A stretch of DNA of 64,000 bases from Macrostomum hystrix. Taxonomy: Eukaryota > Animalia > Platyhelminthes. The stretch covers positions 5,952,001 to 6,016,000 of the forward strand of contig CATNEN010000007.1 of NCBI GenBank assembly GCA_950097015.1. The letters run 5' to 3'. The position numbers and the translations under genes are program-made. The notes under the pieces are model-generated. The model ran no database searches, was not told where the DNA came from, and saw only the letters and a program-made list of their open reading frames with translations. This document shows, piece after piece, positions 1-11,867 of the stretch (within the stretch, counting starts at the first letter, position 1; the number at the start of each line of letters is the position of its first letter).

Positions 1-1217
1 GACTTGCCGGCGCATGGCTTTGCCAGGTGCCCCAGGTTAATGGCCTTATTTACTTCGCGGGGCCGATGAAAATTCATGTTTCCAGCCGACTTCGCCCCGG
101 ATCCCATGGGAGCACAGATGCTCACAAAGCCAAATCCTTATCGATGTTGGACTTAGAGCAGTTATGCAGCGTGATCAGCCTCGAAATATCTCAGCTCGGG
201 CTCCCGACGCTTTTGTTTTTCCTCTGTCCGTCTCCGTGCCAGGTCATTAGCGCTGCAGTGCCCGCCACAATGGATATCTCTCAGTGGCTGAGAACGCCAT
301 GGGCGAGATCATTAGCAGTTGCTGAGGACCGGGCGGGCCAGGAGCTCACAGTTAGGCTTTCAAAGGCCGCATTAAAGTGCGGCTTTATAAGGAACTCGGA
401 GTTTCACAGGTTTATTTGACTTCTTAATCGTACTTCTTAGTTAGCGCCTAGGCTTTTCAAAATCACAATTTCTCAACAGCCTCGACTTGGGCTCTCAAAT
501 ATATGCACGAGAATCATCGCTCACTCGACCCCGGCCTCCAGAGAAGAGGCTGAAAGTGGAGCCCCGCGGACTTCAAACTGGTCGAATCCTTCCCCGAAAT
601 CCCTCCCGGAGGTCTGGGGGCGGGGGGGCACTCGGACTTGCCAAAATTTGCATTCAAGTCTCGGCCGCGCGCTGAACGAAACGTCAGGAATTAAGTGACC
701 ACGGCTGCACTTCTTTCAGTAGCTGGTCCTCGCCTGTGCCGGCATAATCTTCCATCAATTCTGCTGCTCAACTTTTATTAATGCTCTGTCTCGAAAAATT
801 GCTCTGGCATGCAGCTATTAGTTAGACTGAGCGAGCACCTGCGCATAATCACGAGCGGGCAGGCTGCTCAGTCGATGAGTGAGCTCAAAAAGTTGGCCAA
901 GCGCCTAGAGATTAGACTACATCAGTCCTGACTGGCACGGAGGTCTCAGCGTTGCACAGATCTTCAAGTGGCTGGCTGTATGTCAAGCTGCAGCAGTACA
1001 GAACCAAGCAGTAGGGCCTAGTACCTGTCGTACAGTCTCATGAAGACTAATTCGACATCAAGCACCAATATAGAACAAAGACTTTTGTCTTTGTTTAGTC
1101 ATTAAAATTATATTATTTTAATTGTTCTCCATCTTTTGAATCGAATCAAGAATTATGCTAAGCATCCAAGTTAATTAAATATACATCTGGCCCAGTTGCG
1201 CATGCTCCCCCGCGCAA

Positions 1218-1292
1218 ATCACTTCCCTTGGACTGGGATACGAACTCCCGACCTCTCAGTCAGAAGTTCGAAGCATAAAAATGTGAGCTATC
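1218..1292 (-). mobile_element. Degenerate tRNA-derived SINE head
   Basis: Minus strand TAGCTCA... (A-box remnant) followed by GAGGTCGGGAGTTCGTATCCC (B box); no full cloverleaf. Confidence 0.4.
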
Positions 1293-2240
1293 TATTTTAT
1301 AGTCTTAAAATTGCAGTCATGCACAGTACTGTACAGTACAGTAATGTACAACACCTTTAAGACGGCGTCTAATGCATAGTATGTTATACTCGTATATGAG
1401 CCTGCAGTAACTAATACAAGAGCACCTTTAGATAGGCTCGTCAAGGTTGCTTGTGCCTGACCGACCCGTGGCCCAGATGCTCAAGTCGATGGAGAAAAAG
1501 TGTAGAAGGACTCACATGAATTGAGCAGATAGACCAGTGTTTTTGATGCCGCGATGCCATGAGTCTGGTGGGAAATGGATTGATTACTAGGTGGTCGCAG
1601 GTGTACTCGCGATCGAATGCAATAAAAGAAGCCAAAGAAGCTACTCTCTGACAAAGAAGTGCTCGAGTGCTCCAAGGGCGGGAGAGAGAGAGAGAGAGTG
1701 AGCCGAAGACTCAGCGAAGCTATTGACGAATCGAGGCGCGGTGAGAAGGGACCGGGGTGTGGGCGGATGAGTCATCCAGTGGCATCGCCGACTTCGTCTC
1801 GCATCTCGCATCGTCAGGCAGCTGAGAGTCAATCACATTTAATTATTAAGCGATAGTAAATACGGAAGGCTGGCCGACACACCTGCTGTCCTTCGCGACC
1901 CTCTGTCCATCTTCTTGCTTAGGAAAACACTTGAATTCCACACGGAGCCGCCTCCCCGGAGATGATGGGGAAACAGAGCTGAGTTCTGGAGGAGTGGAAG
2001 CAGGAAGGGCCTTGTTATCTTCTCGCTGATTTAACAGTGCACTCGGCCTGACCGCCTCACGTGACTTCACGTGCCCGACTTCCTCACTTTACTAGCCGAT
2101 AGAAATACAATAATATTTGTCCAATCTGATCTTCCTCTGAGGTTGGAGACTCATTGACGGGTGTTGCCTGCTGGTTGCTGGTGGGTTTGGCTAGCTAATC
2201 AAGCTAATAAGCCTGCAAATCACGGAGAAGCAAAGTGCCC

Positions 2241-2286
2241 CTCACCTTTGCTCACCTTTGCTCACCTTTGCTCACCTTTGCTCACC
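2241..2286. repeat. 10-bp tandem repeat (ctcacctttg) x~4.5
   Basis: Read directly from the sequence. Confidence 0.9.
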
Positions 2287-2854
2287 AGTCCAGCTCTAAC
2301 CTCGGTGTCATCCTATCCTTTGGCTGCGGTGGCAGGATAACACACAATGCCTCTGCTAGCAACCACCCCACCATGATGTTCGGAACGATGCGCGGCTTGT
2401 TCCTTCATTGTCTGACGGCCTCGCTGGGGAGCGAGTGGCGTGCAGCCTCCCACGGCTGAGGCTGCATCAACAACAACAATAGCCGCAGCAGCAGCTAACC
2501 CACTGTCTGCTCACTCTCACCTGTCTCTCAATAAAGTGTACTATAAAGAAGGTTCCCACCAATAGCCAATAGCAACTTCTACTGCCTCGCATCTCGCCAG
2601 GTGTCGCCAGTCCAAGTGAGACAGAAGCAGAAGAGCAGGTTAAATGGGACAATGTTCAGACTGGCTTCATCTTTCAAGTTTTTCTGTGCTCATAGATTTT
2701 TCTGTCTTAAAAATTCAAGGCGTTCTTGAGTGAACTGAATGCGAGTGACTCCAGTACTAAGCACTTCAAAGGTGCTAGGTACATTTTAGGTTAAAATTAG
2801 TTGAATGCCAGCCAACATGAGTCTTTCATTCCGCGACCGAATTCACCATTCCAG

Positions 2855-5082
2855 AGCGTATCCAACTATCTGATCGTGAGCCTGGCCGTGGCAGACCTAA
2901 TGGTAGCCACCCTGGTCATGCCCATCAGCGCGCTGAACGAGCTGTCAAAGTTCTGGTGGCTAGGTAAGACCCACCCCCTCTCCGCTTTTGATGACGCCTT
3001 AATGCTTTCCCCCCTAAGCGAGGCAGGCGCTTGAACTTGTGGGCCCAGTTCCCAGCGGGATCAGACCTGTCTCTGCTCAACTGGGCCTGCTCACTTGCAT
3101 GCCAAAGCCTTTGCGCTAGATTCTCCTCACTCGCTCCCATTCCCTCCAACGTCGCATATGCTCTGCTCTGCTCTGCTCCTCCGCATTCGTCTCATGACAT
3201 TTGGGGCTTTTCGCCACCCCGCCCCACCCCGCTCAGTGCCTCTGGTTCCGCTGTCCCGCTCTCACTCGCCGGGGCAAAGTAAGGCCCTCTCCGGGATTAG
3301 CGGGCACAAAATTTATCTGGCTCTCTTGCGGGAGGCTCTGCGCAAAATAGGGAGTGGCGGACCCATCTGGAAATTGGTAGCCCAAGGCTCCTCCCTGCCC
3401 CGCTTGGCCCCTCCGTTTGATCGGTCGGAGCCGCTTCTCACTGGGGTCGGCGCGCCGCCATGGCCATAGGCGAGTTGCCGCGGAGTTCCTCTCGCCAGGC
3501 CTTTTGGCATGGCGGACCAGTGGCGCGTGCGTGTCCCGCCGGCTTTGAAGTCGCGGCTCGGGCTGTGCGGACCAGCGGGCGGGACCGGTTTCCTGTTGCT
3601 TGCTCGGCTAAATACTGCCGCTGGTGAGAGCAGAAGCAGATAATGGAAATAAAGTGGAGCGAAACAGAGAATAAGAAATTGCTCATCACGAGGCCCCTCA
3701 AGCGGAGCTATCCGCGTTGACAGTGTCTAGCGACCCGCCATCAGCGCGGAACTCAACTGCGCATTTCCTTCTCTGCTTTGTCGACATCTGCTCCAGCAAC
3801 TTCTCTCCCCAGTCTTTCTGCCTCTCCTTCTCTGTCCCTGCATGTCTGAGTTCCTTCAACACGACTGCCTAACGACTGCAATAGGTGTCACTTTGGCTAA
3901 ATTAGATGCTCTTGGCACACCCTTCCTGCGCTTTTTGATCCAATAGATCCATCTAATTTGAAACGAAATTATTTTAAGCAAGTCGATGTTCGGCTTTGAG
4001 TTACTCTCCGCGAGTACAAAGGAATCAGAGGACAGTAAGGATCGTAACAGTAGCACCCAAAACCAGTGTTTGTACGTTACTCCTATGCAAAGCCTAATAG
4101 AATATTTTCGATTTAACCTCTCTCAGGCATCCATCTGTGCGACCTGTGGACCTGCTTCGACATTCTCTGCTGCACGGCCTCCATCCTGCACCTGGTGGGC
4201 ATTGCCGTGGATCGCTACTGGGCCGTCACAAACGTCGACTACGTGCGAGTGCGCAGCGGCAAGCGCATCGGCCTGATGATTGGCGCCATGTGGGCCATCA
4301 GCATGGCCATCAGCATTCCGGCCAGGTATATGGACGACGCCAAGCGGCACCGGGCGATCCGCAAAGGTGAATGCAACATCAACGACGGCTGGCTCTATAC
4401 GGTGTTCAGCACGGTGGGCGCCTTCTACCTGCCCATGCTGTTCATGATTGCCATCTACATTCGCATCTACCAGGCTGCTAGGAAGCGCATTCGAAAGAAG
4501 GCATTTAAGCATCCTCCGTCTTCCACCGCCACCGCCACCGCCATTCCGATGTCCGTCAGCGGTGCTGGCCACGATTGCGACCACGCAGCAGACGATGACG
4601 CCGATGTTGCAGAAGCCGACGACGATGTTGACGCAGACGCTACGGAAGACTGCGGCGGCGATGGTAGAGGTCACAGCAGCAGAGGAGGCAGCAAAAGTGG
4701 CGGCAGCAGAGGCGGCGGGGGTGGCGGTCACAACGGCCGTCAGGCGTTGCTAATGACGCCACAGACGCCACAGTCGCGAGCCGCCCAGCGACGGGAGCGG
4801 CTGGAACAGAAGCGAGAGAGGAAGGCGGCGCGGACTCTGGCCATCATCACGGGCTGCTTCCTGGTGTGCTGGATCCCATTCTTCCTTCGGGCGGCGATCT
4901 GCCCGTTCTACAGCGGCCAGTGCCGGGCCCTCATTCCTGACTATGGCCACTCGCTGATCCTGTGGCTGGGCTACATGAACAGCCTGCTCAATCCAGTGAT
5001 TTACACCATCTTCTCGCCAGACTTTCGGAATGCGTTCAGCAAGATCCTTTTCGGCAAGTACCGAAGACGGGGCTATCGATGA
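2855..5082 (+). CDS. 5-HT1-like serotonin receptor (class A aminergic GPCR), 5'-partial; exons 2855-2963 and 4127-5082
   Basis: Exon ccag|AGC..CTA G|gtaaga encodes TM2 (NYLIVSLAVADLMVATLVMP). It joins in phase to tctcag|GC ATC.., giving TM3 CDLWTCFDILCCTASILHLVGIAVDRYW (amine-binding Asp, DRY), TM5 FSTVGAFYLP, KRERKAARTL, CWIPFF and NSLLNPVIY. I found no TM1 exon in the window. Confidence 0.9.
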
Positions 5083-6564
5083 CTCGCTCGCCGACTAAGA
5101 ACATGACTCAGCGTCGGCCCTGATGACCAGGGAAGCGGCGGAGTATCATTGATGTTTTGCTTCTGCTTTCTGAGAAACTAGCGAAATCTCTAATCTGGAT
5201 CAGAAGATGCGCCAGAGCTTGTATCAGTCCAGCTCCAATTTCCCCTTTCTCTCCCTCAGTTTGAGTTCCTCGCGCTTTATCTTCTCTTGTGTGATTTTCC
5301 CGACCGCTCATTTCCCAGCTATGCCTCGTCAGCGGGTCTGGATGGGCCATAAAGCCCGACAAACTTGGGCCCAGAAGGCAGGACGGGGCTTAGCCGGCTG
5401 GGAAGGACCAGCAGCCATCATTCCTTCGATCCCCCGGGCGAGGAATTAAGCGCCGATCAGCAATCACGCGACGGGAAAATGCGCAGGAGATCCCCAAGTT
5501 CTGAACGAGTTCCAAAACATTGAGGCGAGTGGGATAACCGCTTGGGGAAAAGGATAATTGGGACGCGAATCCAGGCTCCCTTTGCGCGCTCGGCAGTGTA
5601 GGTTTTGACAGTCGGGCGCGGGAATGTCAGAGAGACTTTGCGGCAGAAAGTATGCGCAGAGTCGGCACGCGGGCCGAGTGCTGTCGCCACTGAGTGCCGG
5701 GACGCCTCTGCTAATTTCCTGTGCTCGCTGGGGACTGGCAATGAGAGAACTCTCGGCCCGATCACTTGACTGACAACTGCGCTAAGCAGTTCTTGCTTTG
5801 TCTCGCTTTCATTCTGTGTTTTCCTGCCCTGTCCGTGCCCGTGTCTCTGACAGGGGAAGCGGGCGGGAATACCTTTGCCGGTAGAATAAATTGGACAGGT
5901 CTGACAATGCCGGGTCTGTGCGGGTTGGGGGGCCTTTGATTAGTCAAACTTGGATAGTTCACAGCGGAGTGTTATTCCTGCAATCTATACTACTCGTTCA
6001 GTAGTATTTTTACTCGTTCAGGAGTGGTTTCACATCTCTGGTTCTCGTAATAAACCTTTTTCATTATCTTGAACTAGACAAATGATTTATTTTGAGTAAA
6101 ATTGCAAGCCCAAGTCGCAGTAAATTTTGTTATTTTCTCTTGTACACACAATGGTTGCGCTTTACACTGGACAAAACCAACGTGGACTAAACCTTCGCTT
6201 TTAAACACTGCTCCATGCAACTCAGCTGCGGGCACGCGACCCGCTGAGTAGTATGAGCACTTGCTGATCCTAGAGCTGAACTTGCTAGCCCTGTAGCCTT
6301 GCTGACCGCTAGTAGCTCAGCTTTGCTCTGCTCAGCTACAGCTAAATTACGAATTACTGAGCACTTATTTCAGCGTTCCTGCGGCGACCTGCCTGCTTGT
6401 AATCATTCATTTGACAGCTTCATTTACCTTTGCCACAGTTTTCATTATTGATCAATTAAAACTGACAAGAATATTTTCATTGCTTGTGCCGAGCCTCTCA
6501 ACATTGAAGCCTTGACTGTACTATTCAGATGAGCTTGTAAACCTGTTTGAGTGTTACTTTGTAC

Positions 6565-6843
6565 TGTTAAAGGACGTCCCAGGTTGGATTCCCCCCTCTT
6601 GGTGTCCCGTTTGAGATTCCTTGCTGGGATTTCCCCACCGGGATTTCCCAGCCAGGACTTCTGTCTGTCTGTCTTATTTAGAAGAATTAAACACTTTGTT
6701 ACTCTGAAATCGTATTTTATTGACGAAAATCTACCTATACTACTACCAGTATTATTTCATATGGAATGGCTGCACAAACAGCAAAGACGAAAAGAAAAAC
6801 GTTTTAAAATCAAAACAATAAATAGGTGATCTGCGCTGTAACA
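6565..6843. mobile_element. Possible solo LTR (~279 bp)
   Basis: Termini TGTTAAAG...CTGTAACA (7/8 inverted match), flanks tgtac/ggtac (4/5 TSD-like), internal AATTAAA and AATAAA. Confidence 0.35.
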
Positions 6844-7495
6844 GGTACTTTTAGAGTCGTATTTCTAAACGAATCTCATGGGGAATATCAACTCTGATAT
6901 GATAAAGTAGAAAAATATGAAAAGTCTCCCAGCAAGCTAATTTAAACAGAAGATAAATAATATGTGTGAGCATTTCAAGCGAGAAAATCTCTCACGGTAG
7001 ATCTGAAGGGAAATCTGGACAGGAGAGTCTCCGTGTGGAAATTTATGGAGGGAAATCCCTTGAAGAGGCGATCCTAAACTAAGAAAAATCACTAGTGGGC
7101 AATTCTGGAGCTGCCAAATTACACAATACACAAACACTGACGACAAAATCCATAGACGCTTAATGAAAACAGGTGGACTCGGAGCACAGAGATAACAGGT
7201 GTCAAATGTATAGCTCTGGCTGCGGCACTGTGACGGACAACGATGCGAAATCTGCATAAAAAGGTAATTAATTTGGACAAAAAATGACTTACAGAATTTC
7301 ATGACGCGTGATGAAACAACCTGAGTGTCAAATTATGAAAAATTAACTCGCTCTTTGCTGACTTAGACAATTATCAGGATGACCTCGTAGCGATCGCCAC
7401 AATGATCTCTTTAATTGTTTCGTTCTACCTCAACCTCTGTCTCCAAGCCCTGCTGTGCATGCATCCGGTCAACCTCCAGGAGCGCAACGTCGCGC

Positions 7496-10284
7496 TCAGT
7501 CGTCAGGAATTTCTCCGACTAGCGGAATGCCTCGGTGGTGACGCCACGGCTGCCGCACGCGCCACTCTGGCGGCTGCACCACCAGCATTACGGCCGGCGG
7601 GGTGGCAGCGGCCTCGCCACCCGCTGCCGCGGGCGACATTCGACGGCGCCGGCGCTGACGCTGCCGCCTGCCGGCCGGTAGGAATTTACGCGCCACCGCA
7701 GGGCAGCAAAGGCGGTAGAGAGCGGCGCGAAACTGCCTACTGAACGAGTAGTATAGCAGGATGTTGCAGGCCGAGTTGAGAATCACCAGCAGGTTGGCCA
7801 CATCGCCGAAGCAGACGAAGCCGGGACTGAGCCGCGATCGGACTGGAGCCGGCGTCTGCAGCCAGGACAGATTGGCGAGGGGCAGGATGATGTGATGCAG
7901 CGCAGCCGGCGTCTCTGGTACCGACAGGTTGGACATTGGCCACAGCACGTGATGCGCCGGCGTCGGCGCGTCAGGCTCGGACAGGTTGGCGAAGGGCCAC
8001 AGGATGTGGTGCACGGCTGCAGGCGTCTGGCACAGGATGAAGAAGAATACTACCGCCACCAGCATCCGGTTGGTGTCTCGCCGGCCAGAGGAGACCCCGC
8101 CGCCGCCGCTGCCGCCTCCGTGACCAGCTCTGGCGCGGCTCCTGATGCGGCCGACCGCGGCGGGGCCTGTCTGGATGGCGCTGGCGCGCCGCATCTCGCA
8201 CATCAGCAGAAGGTTCATGACGCCAATACAGAGCAGCGGGCCCAGCACCACCAGCAGCAGCCAAATCACCAGGTGGTAGGCGATGCGGAAGGCCTCTGAC
8301 GAACCGACTGGCGAGATAATGTACCAGTGCAGCTTGGACACCGACAGCGGCTCCATCACCTGAGTGGGCGGCAGCTGCTGACTACCATTGTCCTGCTGCG
8401 TGCTGTTCAGATAAAAAAGCTTCAAGTCATTGGTGAACAGTGTGTACTCGAAGAAGCGCGGAAAGCCAATCAGAAGCGAGCCGGCCACAATCAGGGCCAC
8501 AACCACATGGGTGGTGCGCCGCGTGCAGTGCCGGTCTCCTGCCAGCCGATGGCAGATCATCACGTAGCGGTCGGCCGTCAGGGCAACCGTCAGCCAGTTC
8601 GACATCACCTTGAAGAGTCGGGGGGTTGATGGCTACTTGTTAATTTGGTGAAGTGTGGCAGTTGTAAAAAAATACAAATTGTATATCAACGCGTGACGAA
8701 TTTGTTCTCCAAGCTTTAGAGTGGGAGAGCAAGTCCTGACCGTGGCATCCTGGCTCCTGGCTTGATTATTAGGTGACAAAAAAATTATCGTTTCAGTTCC
8801 AGCTGTTTTTCTAAGCCCAAGTCAACAGGCGAGAATCCTCGCCAGTGATTCGACGGGGATTTTGAGCACTCAAATTGAGTGCCACTGCTTGGGATTCCCA
8901 GCTGGAGTGGCTCATTTTAGGCTTCAGTTTGTGGGGCTTTCCTGGCATCTGTCAACACCTAAGAGGTACCTGAGAAAAAGTTGTTCCACAGTCTCAGTTT
9001 CATTGTCAAAAGTCACCTCGACAGCTGCCAACTGAAGTATCCGAAATTTCATAATCTTCACCAGGAGCCGCCAGCTCACAATGGACTTCTTGGGGATCTT
9101 GGTCGCAAGGCCGAGCGGTCTCTTGATTCAATTTCCCAGTCGCTGAGCAAACGGTTCGGGGCGAAAATGATGGCTTGTATACCAAAACTGTACGCCCTTA
9201 TGCATGCATGTTTGCCAAGGACTTACTAAGTCCCACACAGCCTGTCCCCTGGCAAACTATCTGCTTGCCTGTCTGAACCCCTGACTGCGTCTGTGAGGGG
9301 GGAAGCGAATAAATGCGAGGGAAGTTTGCCCAGCGGAGAAGGGGATCATGACTTTCCGGCCTCTGGACAGCGGGATTGGGAGGCTGCATCGCGGAGGTCT
9401 GGGGCTTTCTTCCGCTGGCTGAATTCCCAGCTCATCGGAGGCGTCCGTCGCACGCGTCGTCAGCCGGGCTGGCTGCTAAATTGCTGTGACGTTTGGCTCG
9501 AAAGGCCTGAAGCGGGAGGCCCCGCTCACCGCTGTCTGCCAATTTCGCCCCGGGGGTGAAAACTGGCTGGACTCGGGGGATCCATATCCACAACTCAAAT
9601 AAGAAGGCTCGGAAAGTCACGAATTCATTATATTGCAGCTTACCGAAATGATTAAAGGCTTCATGGATGCTATAATTATGGGATCATAAAGACTAATCCT
9701 GGGCAGAGCCTTCTACTGCACAGAAGGGGATTGAAATAAGTTATCGAAAGTAGAGTTTCAACTCAAAGCATGACTTCTTAATCACTGCCAAAGTACTCAA
9801 GATCAGAGGCAGTTTTCTCTTGAGAAGCGCTCCAGGTCCAGACCCATCGACCGGGTTGTCAGTGGAATGGCATGACAATCTCTGCACACATTCTCGCACT
9901 TTCCATAGCAACTCCGTAGCAACTCTCGTGTCTTATAAAAACTTAACATCCGCTCACCTGAAACACCTGGCTGAGAGCATGAACGTAAATGTAAGCATGC
10001 GGCAGCGCGGACCAGCCCAGCCACACAAACGGCTCGGCCACGTGGAACTCCGTCGATGTGTCCTTGATGAAGATGACCAAGGAGGACAACAGCACCAGGC
10101 TGTCAGCAATGGCCAGGGCGCATAGGTAAAAGCGGGTGTTGTACCGAATCCGGGAGCGCTGGACCAGCACTATCAGGGCGGTGAGGTTGGCCAGGATTCC
10201 TGCGCAGCTCACGGAGGTGCCCGTGACGCCCAGCAGGGCGAAACTGATGCGGCGTTGCTGCAGCTCATAAGGTGTGGCCTGCAT
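7496..10284 (-). CDS. FMRFamide/neuropeptide receptor-like class A GPCR; exons 10284-9958 and 8608-7496
   Basis: TM1 GILANLTALIVL and TM2 YLCALAIADSLVL. The splice FQ|gtgagc...caag|VMSNWLTVALTADRY is in phase. Also PRFFEY, TM6 FFILCQTPAA and TM7 NSACNILLY, typical of the FMRFa-receptor-like group. An acceptor-like site just upstream of the ATG means an extra 5' exon is possible. Confidence 0.85.
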
Positions 10285-10660
10285 GGCAACTTCCTGAGCA
10301 CCTGCTGCGAGCGAGATTGGCAGCCTTCGAGTCGCAAGCGAATAACGTTTGACAAACTTGATCCCAAAACCATTTTATTTTTCCCGAAACCAAATCAGCA
10401 TTTATTCGCTGATCAAATATGAGTAAAAAATTGTGAGAAAATTGGCGGTGCGCTCAATAAGCTCAACGCCCACTGTTTTTCTCATTTTCTTTAGTGCCGA
10501 CAACTTTCCCAACAGAAAATAATGACCTTTCAAAAACGATTTATCACCTAACTGCAACAAAAGCCATGTTGTCTTCCTTTCATTTTAACTGAAATTTGTA
10601 AATTGCACTAATTGAAGAGCATTCGAAGTTCACTGTGTAAAAGGCTCATTCATCCTGCCA

Positions 10661-10941
10661 GTAGGGACAGTCATTGGATGGTACAATGCTACCCATAGGG
10701 ACAGTCATTGGATGGTACAATGCTACCCGTAGGGACAGTCGTTGGATGGTACAATGCTACCCGTAGGGACAGTCGTTGGATGGTACAATGCTACCCGTAG
10801 GGACAGTCGTTGGATGGTACAATGCTACCCGTAGGGACAGTCGTAGGATGGTACAATGCTACCCGTAAGGACAGTCGTTGGATGGTACAATGCTACCCGT
10901 AGGGACAGTCATTGGATGGTACAAAGCTACCCGTAGGGACA
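10661..10941. repeat. 34-bp minisatellite (gtagggacagtcRttggatggtacaatgctaccc) x~8
   Basis: Read directly; no spacers between units. Confidence 0.95.
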
Positions 10942-11562
10942 ACCGTGGATTGAACTTCTGTCTGTAGGGATGCTTGTCTGTCGTGTCGATTCCGTTTGTA
11001 GATATTTTTGGCCTTTATTCTGTCAACTTAGCAGTGGAAACTCGATATTTGCATTTTTAGTAACTCGTTTGCTTTTAGGTCACAATGCTGTACAGAAATG
11101 GCGCATTTTAGAAATGGCTCGCGGCAAACAAGAAACTTCGCAGCAGAAGTAGCAGCAGCATCAGCCGGGGTAACTCACGGAATAACTCACGGCTAGTAGC
11201 GATGGGCTTGAGTCGAGCTGAGTGGGACTCTGTCGGAGAGAATCAACCAGACGGTCGGAACTCGGAATTCCACTTCCCCGCCTGGGCGGCCGCAGGGGCA
11301 AGCAAATTTTTATACGGGCTTCGCTGCCACAATGGGGAAGTCGACTTTGGCAGAGAGTGAGCCCAGCCAATCAGGGCGCTCGATGGCCATGGCAACTTAG
11401 CCAGATGCTCCGCTTATCAGAGGGAGGATGCACGACTAGCCTACTCATGATGCCATTGTCACGCCGTGTTGGCCAGGCCCTGTCACGACAAATTTAGCCA
11501 TTCAGTGCTAAAAAACTGTGCAATAAATGCATAATCAATCTAATCATACGCAAGTTTCGTTA

Positions 11563-11792
11563 GCCGCAACCCAGCCGCATCACTTTTCGAAATCACTTGT
11601 ACCACTTGCAAAATCCGTCTTTTCTAATAGATTTTGACTATATTTAATTTGAAGGCTTCAAAAGTGACATGATTAGCAATATGAAGATAATTTAACGTGT
11701 GGTACAATTAAATCTAGTCAAAATCTATTAGAAAAGACGGATTTTGCAAGTGGTACAAGTGATTTTAAAAAGTGATGCGGCCGGGTTGCGGC
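11563..11792. mobile_element. MITE with ~87-bp terminal inverted repeats and TA target-site duplication
   Basis: ta|gccgcaacccagccgcatcacttttcgaaatcacttgtaccacttgcaaaatccgtcttttctaatagattttgacta... is the reverse complement (about 4 mismatches) of ...tagtcaaaatctattagaaaagacggattttgcaagtggtacaagtgattttaaaaagtgatgcggccgggttgcggc|ta. Confidence 0.85.
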
Positions 11793-11867
11793 TAGAGACA
11801 CGTCGGTCTAATCATGGGCGCGTGATTTGGCATGCATGAGCAAAATTCGAGAGACAGAATCATTACG

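Noticed and set aside
1-2850. Missing TM1 exon of the serotonin receptor
   Set aside because: I found no GN-containing hydrophobic helix with suitable splice sites; it is presumed to lie upstream of the window.
4123-4731. Antisense 202-aa ORF (and similar shadow ORFs over other GC-rich exons)
   Set aside because: Expected stop-poor antisense frames of GC-rich coding sequence, with no recognisable motifs.
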